A stretch of 64,000 bases of DNA from an uncultured Gemmatimonadales bacterium (GTDB taxonomy: Bacteria; Gemmatimonadota; Gemmatimonadetes; Palauibacterales; Palauibacteraceae): contig CAWANJ010000001.1 in NCBI GenBank assembly GCA_963783385.1, positions 512,001 to 576,000 of the forward strand, given 5' to 3'. Below the pieces are notes generated by a model. It was not told where the DNA came from and did not search any database. It saw only the letters and a list, made by a program, of their open reading frames with translations. The translations under genes were made by a program, and so were the position numbers. Below, in pieces: positions 56,043 through 64,000 of the stretch (within the stretch, counting starts at the first letter, position 1; the number at the start of each line of letters is the position of its first letter).

Positions 56043-56926
56043 ATGACGATCCATGCGACGCCGACCCAACTTGCCGCGGCCGGCCCGGAGCGCGCCAGCG
56101 CCCCGCCCGTCGCGCTGACGATCGCGGGCAGCGACTCGGGCGGCGGCGCGGGAATCCAGGCCGACCTCAAGACGTTCCAGGCGTTCGGCGTGTTCGGAAC
56201 CTCGGCGATCACGGCGATCACGGCCCAGAACACGCTCGGCGTCCGGGGCATCCGGACCGTCGATCCGGAGATGGTGCGCGCGCAGATCCTCGCCGTGGTC
56301 GAGGACCTGCATCCGGCCGCGGCCAAGACGGGCATGCTGGCCGAAGCCGCCATCATCGAGGCGGTCGCGGACACCCTCGCCGGGGGGGCGCCGATCCCGA
56401 GGCTGGTCGTCGACCCGGTCATGGTGGCGGCCAGCGGCGACCCTCTGCTGGCCGAGGGCGCCGAGGCGGCCCTCCGCGGGCGCCTCCTCCCTCTGGCCAC
56501 GCTGGTCACGCCCAACCTCGACGAGGCCTCGCGCCTGCTCGGGAGGCCGGTCCGCGACGTGGAGGCAATGCGGTCGGCGGCGTCCGACCTGGCCGAGGCC
56601 ACCGGGGCGGCCATCCTCATCAAGGGAGGTCACCTGGCGGGCGACGTGGTGGTGGACCTCCTGCTCCAGGAAGGCCGGTGGAGGGAGTGGCGGGCTCCCC
56701 GAATCGAGACCCGCGGCGGGCACGGAACCGGGTGCACCCTGTCGGCCGCGATCGCCGCCGGGCTCGCCCTGGGCCGGCCCCTGGAGGACGCGGTGGACCG
56801 TGCCATCCGCTACACCCGCGCCGCCCTCGCGGCCGCCCCGGCCTCGGGTCGGGCACGGCGCCCCTCCAGCACCGGGTGCCGGTCCCGGGCATGCCGGCTA
56901 ACGAGCCAGCGCGTAGCCGCCGGTGA
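56043..56926 (+). CDS. thiD: Hydroxymethylpyrimidine/phosphomethylpyrimidine kinase, apparent frameshift near 56838
   Basis: [49 protein letters not shown]. The natural end [12 protein letters not shown] lies in another frame. Confidence 0.92.
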
Positions 56927-57059
56927 GCCCGACCACCATGAGGGCCGCCCACAGCGTGGCCGGGGCGGGCAGGGGCAGGCGGAGCAGCCGCACGATCCCT
57001 CCCAGCGCGAGCGCCACCGCGATCCCCTGGAGACCGTTCACGGCTTCGGCGGATATCAT
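56898..57059 (-). CDS. XapX-like small membrane protein (53 aa)
   Basis: [24 protein letters not shown] matches the XapX LPxPAP motif. RBS GGAGGAGG; TGATG coupling to the upstream gene. Confidence 0.72.
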   Translation of the reverse strand: MISAEAVNGLQGIAVALALGGIVRLLRLPLPAPATLWAALMVVGLTGGYALAR

Positions 57060-57933
57060 CAGATTGCCTCCTCCGACTTCCCGCATGTCCAGCTCGGTGG
57101 CGGCGATGCGTCGCACCCCGGCGACAAGCCGCTGGAAGCGCTCCGCCGTCGCGCCCCGACCTCCAGCACCTCTTCGTGCCGGAGCGGTGCGGCGGAGATC
57201 CCGGCGGCGTGGTTCGTCAGGAGGCTCACGCCCACGCAGCGCACGCCGAGGGCCCGGGCCGCGAGGACCTCCGGGACCGTGGACATCCCCACCGCGTCCG
57301 CGCCCAGGCGGACCAGCATGGCCACCTCGGCCGGGGTTTCGTACGAGGGACCGCGGAGCGCACGCGTACACGCCCTCCCGGAGGGGCAGCCCCTCGCGCA
57401 GGGCCGCCTCGCGCAGGGCCCCGCGCAGCCCGGGATCGTAGCAGCTCGCCAGGTCGGGCCAGCGGCTCTCTCCCCGGCGGGTCGGCCCGACCAGCGGGTT
57501 GGCACCCGCCAGATTCAGGTGGTCGGCGATCAGCATCAGGCTCGCCGGGGATCCAGCGGCGGTGGAGCGATCCCGCCGCGTTGGTCACGAACAGGATCCG
57601 CACCCCGAGACGGGCCGCGACCCGGACCGGCAGGGCCACCCGGTCCGCGGGATGACCTTCGTACAGGTGCGCCCGGCCGAGGAGCACCAGCACGGGGAGT
57701 CCTTCCAGCTCGCCGCCGACCACCAGGCCGGCGTGCCCCTCGACGGCGGGCCGCGGCCAGCCCGGGATCTCGGAGCAGGGTATCCGCGCGCCGCGTGCTA
57801 CCCGGTCGGCGAGCCCCCCGAGCCCCGAGCCGAGCACCAGCGCGAGGCGGGGCTCGAAGCCGTCCAGCCGGCGGACCAGGTGGGCCGCGGCGGCTCCCGC
57901 CGGATCCGGCCCGCGGGCGGGGTCGCGGGTCAC
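57059..57933 (-). CDS. Purine-nucleoside phosphorylase (trimeric PNP/XapA type), several apparent frameshifts
   Basis: [52 protein letters not shown] and TNHAAG are spread over three frames (shifts near 57540, 57360, 57155). Confidence 0.88.
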
Positions 57934-58637
57934 GCGTCCCGCTCGTGCTCGGACCACCCGAGCGGAGAAGGCAGCGGCTCGGTACACGCGGCCAGCGCCA
58001 GGCCATGGGACGTGCCGATCCGCGTGGCGCCCGCCGCCACCATGCGGAGCGCGTCCGCGCAGGTCCGGATCCCGCCCGAGGCCTTCACTCCGATCCCGGG
58101 CCCTCCGGCCTCCCTGAGGAGCGCCACCGCGGCCGGCGTGGCTCCGCCGGCGGGGTGGAATCCCGTCGAAGTCTTGAGGAAGTCGGCCCCGGCTCCGGCC
58201 GCCACCCGGCCGGCGCGCAGGATCGCGGGCGGCTCCAGTGCGGCCGTCTCCAGGATCACCTTGACCCGTGCGGCCCCGTCCACCACCCGTGCCACGGCGG
58301 CCACTTCCCGCTCCAGCACATCCCAACGTCCGCCCTGGAGGGCGTCCAGCCGCGCGACCATGTCCACCTCCGTGGCACCCATGGCCAGAACCTCCCCGGC
58401 CTCCCGTGCCTTGTGCTCGTGCGTGTGCGCCCCGAGCGGAAACGAGACCACGGTGGCCACCGCGACCGGCGTCCCGGCGACGCCCGCCGCCGCCCGGCGA
58501 ACGTGCACCGGGTTCACGCACACGGCCGCGAAGCCGTGCTCGACCGCCTCCCGGCACAGCCGCTCGACGTCGGCCGGGGTGGTCTCCGGCCGCAAGGCCG
58601 TGTGATCGACCAGGTCGGCCAGGCGGCGCGGACTCAA
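57930..58637 (-). CDS. deoC: Deoxyribose-phosphate aldolase
   Basis: [48 protein letters not shown]. Confidence 0.95.
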   Translation of the reverse strand: MSPRRLADLVDHTALRPETTPADVERLCREAVEHGFAAVCVNPVHVRRAAAGVAGTPVAVATVVSFPLGAHTHEHKAREAGEVLAMGATEVDMVARLDALQGGRWDVLEREVAAVARVVDGAARVKVILETAALEPPAILRAGRVAAGAGADFLKTSTGFHPAGGATPAAVALLREAGGPGIGVKASGGIRTCADALRMVAAGATRIGTSHGLALAACTEPLPSPLGWSEHERDA

Positions 58638-59374
58638 TACAGGGGGCTCCCGATGTCCGCCCCGGCCCGTCTCTTGGCTTCCAGGAGCTTCCCGCTGCGG
58701 AACAGGGGGATGAGGAGCCCGCCCGCGATGAAGCCGCCCACGTGCGCCCACACCGCCACTCCGCCCGCGGCTCCGGCGGCGCCGGTGAACAGCTGCAGGG
58801 CAAACCACTCCAGGAGAAGCAGCCAGGCGGGGAGCGGGATGATCCGGATGATGATGAAGATGATGAACAGCGTGCTCACCCGGACCCGCGGAAAGAGGAC
58901 CAGGTAGGCTCCCATCACCCCGCTGATCGCGCCCGAGGCCCCGATCGTGGGCACCGGGCTACCGGGGCCCGAGGCCACGTGGGCCGCCGTCGCCAGCACG
59001 CCGCACACGAGGTAGAAGACGGCGAAGCGGACGTGCCCCATGGCGTCCTCGATGTTGTTCCCGAACACCCAGAGGAACCACATGTTCATGATGAGGTGGA
59101 GCCACCCGCCGTGCATGAACATTGAGGTGAACACCGACCACCACGCCTCGCCGCCCACCGTGCACACGAAGCGGCCGCCCCGGATCTGCGTTCCGGAAGG
59201 GAGGGTCCCGGTCACGTGCCCGGGGATGAGGCCGTGCTCGCACAGGGCGCGGAGGTAGCCCGAGCCGCTCCCCGCGTGCTCCAGGGTGAGCCACACGGCC
59301 ACGTTGACCGCGATGATGATCACGGTGACGTAGGGCGCGAGGAGAGTGGGGTTGTCGTCCTTGAGCGGGAACAT
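58634..59374 (-). CDS. Rhomboid intramembrane serine protease
   Basis: [29 protein letters not shown]. Confidence 0.95.
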   Translation of the reverse strand: MFPLKDDNPTLLAPYVTVIIIAVNVAVWLTLEHAGSGSGYLRALCEHGLIPGHVTGTLPSGTQIRGGRFVCTVGGEAWWSVFTSMFMHGGWLHLIMNMWFLWVFGNNIEDAMGHVRFAVFYLVCGVLATAAHVASGPGSPVPTIGASGAISGVMGAYLVLFPRVRVSTLFIIFIIIRIIPLPAWLLLLEWFALQLFTGAAGAAGGVAVWAHVGGFIAGGLLIPLFRSGKLLEAKRRAGADIGSPLY

Positions 59375-59740
59375 GCCCCGAGCTTAGATCGGGGGCGACG
59401 GGGGACGCAACGTGCGCCGCACGGTCGCGGGACGCCGGGCCCACCCCTACGGGCAGGTCGGCCGGGGTGGGGGCGGGGGTGTCTCCGAGCGAAGCCGCAG
59501 CGAAGCGCCCTGGCGGCTCACCGGCCGATCGTCCCGGGCGAATCGGGGCGCCCCCCACTCCCCGGGGCGAGCGTGGGGCGCGCAGCGAAGGCGCAGACGA
59601 GGAGACACCCCCGCCCCCGCCCCGAGCCGCCCACCGGGCAAGGTGTCGCCCCCGACGCGCAGCGCTCCTGCCGTTCTGACACGCGCAGCGGCCCCGGGTG
59701 TCAATATGTCGTGAGAATCCTCCCGTCCGCCCCCCTTCGA

Positions 59741-59757
59741 CCGGCATATGGCTTGCA
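59741..59757 (+). promoter_or_regulatory. Putative sigma54 (-24/-12) promoter upstream of dnaK
   Basis: CCGGCATATGGCTTGCA has GG-N10-GC spacing and TTGCA, close to the consensus TGGCACG-N4-TTGCW. Confidence 0.62.
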
Positions 59758-59864
59758 CCCCTCGCCATCCGCGGCGACCGCACTACGCCGGACGAGCGGG
59801 GTGCCGACGACCGCACGAAACGAGACGAGAGAGCGACGGAAACGCGAGCGCGAGGACGACTGGT

Positions 59865-61781
59865 ATGGCCAAGGTGATCGGGATCGATCTGGGCACGACG
59901 AACTCCGTCGTCGCCGTAATGGAGGGAGGCGACCCGGTCGTCATCCCCAACGCGGAGGGTTCGAGGACGACCCCTTCCGTGGTCGCGTGGACCAAGGACG
60001 GCGAGCGTCTCGTCGGCCAGGTCGCCAAGCGCCAGGCCGTGACGAACCCGGAGAACACGGTCTCCTCCATCAAGCGCTTCATGGGCCGCAAGTGCTCGGA
60101 GGTCGAGGGCGAGCGGAAGCTTATCCCCTACAAGACCGAGTGCGACTCGGACGACCGCGTGCAGGTCAAGATCGGCAACGCGGACAAGAGCTTCCAGCCG
60201 CCCGAGATCTCGGCCATGATCCTCCAGAAGATGAAGGCGACGGCCGAGGACTACCTGGGCCAGGAGGTCGTGCAGGCGGTCGTCACGGTGCCGGCCTACT
60301 TCAACGACGCGCAGCGGCAGGCCACCAAGGACGCCGGCAAGATCGCCGGCCTCGACGTGCTGCGGATCATCAACGAGCCGACGGCGGCGTCGCTGGCCTA
60401 CGGGCTGGACAAGAAGGAGGACGAGAAGATCGCCGTGTTCGACCTGGGCGGCGGCACCTACGACATCTCGGTGCTCGAGCTCGGGGACGGCGTGTTCGAG
60501 GTGAAGGCCACGAACGGCGACACGCATCTGGGCGGCGACGACTTCGATCAGCGGGTCATCGACTGGCTCGTGCAGGAGTTCAAGAAGGACCAGGGCATCG
60601 ACCTCTCCAAGGACCCGATGGCGCTCCAGCGACTCAAGGAGGCCGCGGAGAAGGCCAAGTGCGAGCTGTCGAGCACGATGCAGACGGACATCAACCTGCC
60701 GTTCATCACGGCGGACCAGTCCGGACCCAAGCACCTGAACCTGACGCTCACCCGCGCCAAGTTCGAGCAGCTCGTCGACGACCTGATCCAGAAGACGACC
60801 GGGCCCATGAAGCGGGCCCTGGATGACGCCGGCCTCAAGCCTTCGGAGATCGACGAGGTCATCCTCGTGGGCGGCTCGACCCGGATCCCGAAGCTCCAGG
60901 AGGTCGTGAAGGAGTTCTTCGGGAAGGATCCGCACAAGGGCGTGAACCCGGACGAGGTCGTGGCGATCGGCGCGGCCATCCAGGGCGGCGTGCTGGCCGG
61001 TGAGGTCAAGGACGTGCTCCTGCTGGACGTGACGCCCCTCTCCCTGGGGATCGAGACGCTGGGTGGCGTGATGACCGCGCTGATTCCGCGCAACACCACG
61101 ATCCCGACCAAGAAGAGCGAGGTGTTCTCGACCGCCGAGGACAGCCAGAACACGGTGGACATCCACGTCCTCCAGGGCGAGCGGGACATGGCGGCGAACA
61201 ACAAGACGATCGGCCGCTTCCAGCTCACCGGGATCCCACCGGCGCCGCGGGGCGTTCCCCAGATCGAGGTCACCTTCGACATCGACGCCAACGGGATCCT
61301 GCACGTGTCCGCCAAGGACAAGGCGACGGCCAAGGAGCAGAAGATCCGGATCGAGGCGTCCTCCGGGCTGTCGGACACCGAGATCGACCGGATGGTCAAC
61401 GAGGCCGAGGAGCACGCCGAGGAGGACGAGAAGCGCCGTCAGGAGGTCGAGGCCCGAAACAAGCTCGACTCCCTGGTCTACCAGACCGAGAAGAACCTCG
61501 AGGACTGGAAGGAGGCGCTCGACGAGGACGGCAAGAAGGCGATCGAGACGGCCCTGGAGGGCGGCCGGAAGGCCCTCAAGGAGGGGGACCACGACGCCAT
61601 CACAGCCGCCACCGAGGCGATCCAGAAGACCGCGCAGGAGGCGGCGCAGAAGATGTACGCCAAGGCCGGCGCCCAGCCGGGAGCCGACGGTGGACCGGAG
61701 GGCGCCCGGGGCGAGCCGGCCGAGGGCGAGGAGGAGGAAGTGGTCGAAGCCGACTACGAGATCGTCGAGGACAAGGAGTAG
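59865..61781 (+). CDS. dnaK: Molecular chaperone DnaK
   Basis: [50 protein letters not shown]. Confidence 0.98.
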   Translation: MAKVIGIDLGTTNSVVAVMEGGDPVVIPNAEGSRTTPSVVAWTKDGERLVGQVAKRQAVTNPENTVSSIKRFMGRKCSEVEGERKLIPYKTECDSDDRVQVKIGNADKSFQPPEISAMILQKMKATAEDYLGQEVVQAVVTVPAYFNDAQRQATKDAGKIAGLDVLRIINEPTAASLAYGLDKKEDEKIAVFDLGGGTYDISVLELGDGVFEVKATNGDTHLGGDDFDQRVIDWLVQEFKKDQGIDLSKDPMALQRLKEAAEKAKCELSSTMQTDINLPFITADQSGPKHLNLTLTRAKFEQLVDDLIQKTTGPMKRALDDAGLKPSEIDEVILVGGSTRIPKLQEVVKEFFGKDPHKGVNPDEVVAIGAAIQGGVLAGEVKDVLLLDVTPLSLGIETLGGVMTALIPRNTTIPTKKSEVFSTAEDSQNTVDIHVLQGERDMAANNKTIGRFQLTGIPPAPRGVPQIEVTFDIDANGILHVSAKDKATAKEQKIRIEASSGLSDTEIDRMVNEAEEHAEEDEKRRQEVEARNKLDSLVYQTEKNLEDWKEALDEDGKKAIETALEGGRKALKEGDHDAITAATEAIQKTAQEAAQKMYAKAGAQPGADGGPEGARGEPAEGEEEEVVEADYEIVEDKE

Positions 61782-62112
61782 CGTCCCGATCGACCGGGGC
61801 CCGGAGCTCCGGCGAGGCGGCCCGTCCAGGGAGGCCCCCCTCGGGGGCCGAGGCCGAGCGGAGGGCGGCGCTCCACGCGCCGCCCTCCCGCGTTTGGGAC
61901 GGCTCCGCGGCGCCCGTCCCGGGTACCCTCCGTCGTCGGCCGGCCGAGAGAGCGGTACGCCTCGTGCAACCACGGGCCCCGGCCGGCGGCCCGCGGGCAA
62001 CGTTGCCGGGAGCGCGCAGGTCCAAAGGAACGAAGACGGACGACAGGCGGCGAGTACGGGTACGGGGCCGGACGGCCCGGCCCGACGGATTCTGAAGATG
62101 GGATTGAGAGCG

Positions 62113-63696
62113 ATGAAGGACGGACTGCGATCCAAGATCAACGTGGTGCTCACGGCCGTGGTTGCCTTCGGCGTGGGACTCGGCGTGGCGGCGGGCTTCG
62201 ACCTCACGCCCCGCAGCTTCGCCGAAGGGACCGGAGGACCGGTCAAGGTCCAGATCGGGACGCCGCCGGCGCTGGCCAGGGAGCTGCAGAACACGACCTT
62301 CCAGGACGGGTTCGCGGCGGTGGCCAAGGCGGTGTCTCCGGGCGTGGTGACGATCCAGGTCGAGGAGCGGGCGGCGCACCCCCAGGCCATGCAGATCCCG
62401 AATCCGTTCCGGGACTTCTTCGGAAACCCGGATCAGCCGCAGGCGCCGGACACGGTCTACCAGGAAGCGAGCGGATCGGGCTTCATCATCAGCCCCGAGG
62501 GCTACATCGTCACCAACAACCACGTGGTCGAGGGCGCGCAGACGATCACGGTGCAGCTGGCCGATCAGCGCACCTTCAAGAACGTCAAGCTCGTGGGGCG
62601 TGATCCGACGACGGATGTGGCCCTCCTCAAGATCGACGCCGAGGACCTGCACCCCGTGCCGCTGGGCGACAGCGACAGCACGCACGTCGGGGACTGGGTG
62701 CTGGCGATCGGAAGCCCCGGCTTCGCCGGCGCCGGGATCCTCCCGACCACGGTGACGGCCGGCATCGTGAGCGCCAAGAACCGGTCCATCGGCATCCTGG
62801 GCCAGCGGTTCCGGAACCGGAGTCCGCAGGCCGGCAACCCCGCCATCGAGGACTTCATCCAGACCGACGCGGTCATCAACCGGGGCAACTCGGGCGGGCC
62901 GCTGGTCAACGTCCGGGGCGAGGCCGTGGGCATGAACACGGCCATCATGAGCGCCACCGGCTACTACCAGGGCTACGGCTTCGCGGTACCGATCTCCCTC
63001 GTGCGGAGCGTGGTCGACGACCTCATCAAGTACGGCAAGGTCCGGCGGCCGATGCTGGGCGTGCTCATCCAGGGCGTGACGCCGGCGGACGCCAAGTACT
63101 ACCACCTCGACCACATTGGGGGCGCCAAGGTCGAGGACTTCTCCGGGGAGGACAGTCCGGCCAGGAAGGCCGGACTGCAGCCGGGCGACATCATCACCTC
63201 GGTGAACGGCGAGCCGGTCCAGTCCGTTCAGGACCTGCAGACCCGGATTCGCAAGTACCAGCCGGGTCAGAAGGTGAAGCTGGAGATCGTCCACCGGTCG
63301 AACCACCAGCGCACCACCGTGGACGTCACCCTCAGCGAGGCTCCCTCGCCCGGCGCCTCGACCGCCACGCAGGCCACGAGCTCGACCGAGAGCAATCCGC
63401 TGGGAATCCAGGTGGACGAGCTCGACGCGCAGACGCGTGATCAGCTCAAGGTCCCGGAGAGCGTGCAGGGCGTGGTCGTAACGGACGACAGTCCGCGCGG
63501 GCCGCTCGACCAGGCGCTCGGAGGTAGGGCGCGCGGCCTGGTGATCCAGGACATCAACGGCAGCTCGATCCACGACGTGGACGACTACAACAAGGCCGTG
63601 AAGTCCCTCAAGGCGGGCGACGTGGCCAGCATCAAGCTGTTCAGCCCGCGGACCTCCCAGCAGCTGTTCGTGAGCGTGGAGATCCCCGCGAGCTGA
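62113..63696 (+). CDS. Do/DegP/HtrA serine endoprotease with two PDZ domains
   Basis: GSGFI, TNNHV, DVALL, QTDA, GNSGG, PDZ repeats. Confidence 0.93.
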   Translation: MKDGLRSKINVVLTAVVAFGVGLGVAAGFDLTPRSFAEGTGGPVKVQIGTPPALARELQNTTFQDGFAAVAKAVSPGVVTIQVEERAAHPQAMQIPNPFRDFFGNPDQPQAPDTVYQEASGSGFIISPEGYIVTNNHVVEGAQTITVQLADQRTFKNVKLVGRDPTTDVALLKIDAEDLHPVPLGDSDSTHVGDWVLAIGSPGFAGAGILPTTVTAGIVSAKNRSIGILGQRFRNRSPQAGNPAIEDFIQTDAVINRGNSGGPLVNVRGEAVGMNTAIMSATGYYQGYGFAVPISLVRSVVDDLIKYGKVRRPMLGVLIQGVTPADAKYYHLDHIGGAKVEDFSGEDSPARKAGLQPGDIITSVNGEPVQSVQDLQTRIRKYQPGQKVKLEIVHRSNHQRTTVDVTLSEAPSPGASTATQATSSTESNPLGIQVDELDAQTRDQLKVPESVQGVVVTDDSPRGPLDQALGGRARGLVIQDINGSSIHDVDDYNKAVKSLKAGDVASIKLFSPRTSQQLFVSVEIPAS

Positions 63697-63740
63697 CGGG
63701 CGGACCGACCCGGGTCGCCCCCTCGGGGAGGAGAGGGCGC

Positions 63741-63774
63741 GAGGCCGGAGGACCCCTCGGGGCTCTCCGGCCTC
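63741..63774 (+). terminator. Stem-loop downstream of the degP-like gene
   Basis: GAGGCCGGAG...CTCCGGCCTC inverted repeat. Confidence 0.5.
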
Positions 63775-63929
63775 GTCGTGTCGGACCGGGTTGGGGATGC
63801 CCGAACCCGGCGGCATGGCTGGACCTCCCTGCCAAATCGAGCTAACGTCTAGGGGCCGGCGGGCGCCCGGGAAACGGGGCCCGAGGGAGCCACCGGAGCC
63901 GACGCGGGAACGAAGGCGGCGGCCAGCGC

Positions 63930-64000
63930 GCGAAAGTGGCGGAACCGGTAGACGCGCCAGCCTTAGGAGCTGGTGGCCCACACGGCCGTGGGGGTTCGAG
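63930..64000 (+). tRNA. tRNA-Leu(TAG), 3' end truncated by window
   Basis: GCGAAAG-TG-GCGGAACCGGTAGACGC D-arm; CCAGC-CT-TAG-GA-GCTGG anticodon arm; long variable arm; GGTTCGAG T-loop. Confidence 0.92.

Noticed and set aside
56898-57536. Apparent PNP-XapX fusion ORF
   Set aside because: The region contains several indels, and XapX has its own SD and a TGATG overlap with a stop in another frame.
54846-58907. 1353-aa plus-strand ORF
   Set aside because: It is the antisense shadow of several genes joined to thiD by a missing base, not a real fusion.

Overview
High-GC bacterial chromosome segment. The gene set (SusC/SusD pairs, barrel-less plug proteins, beta-propeller lipoproteins, complete F1Fo atp operon) suggests Gemmatimonadota, which is an inference. 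Contents from left to right: (1) a minus-strand run of folK, an HEXXH lipoprotein, aroB and an acyl-CoA ligase, followed by a translationally coupled NYN/LOTUS protein, MPG glycosylase, M19 dipeptidase and NhaC; (2) a ~20 kb outer-membrane uptake island with three tandem SusC/SusD pairs, two CarboxypepD_reg+plug proteins lacking a barrel, small lipoproteins and no CAZymes; (3) tyrS, PBP1A, pyrimidine-nucleoside phosphorylase, an RMDN-like TPR protein, YtxH and V4R-ruvX-mltG-thiE; (4) a 23S-5S rRNA unit with its own promoter, boxA and processing stem but no 16S; (5) the atp operon with a Rex-like operator over its promoter; (6) CNNM protein, thiO, prepilin peptidase, TrmH, thiD and rhomboid-deoC-PNP-XapX; (7) dnaK with a sigma54-type promoter, degP, and a tRNA-Leu(TAG) cut by the window end. 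At least seven genes carry single-base frameshifts that look like long-read consensus errors. No mobile elements, CRISPR arrays or prophage were seen.
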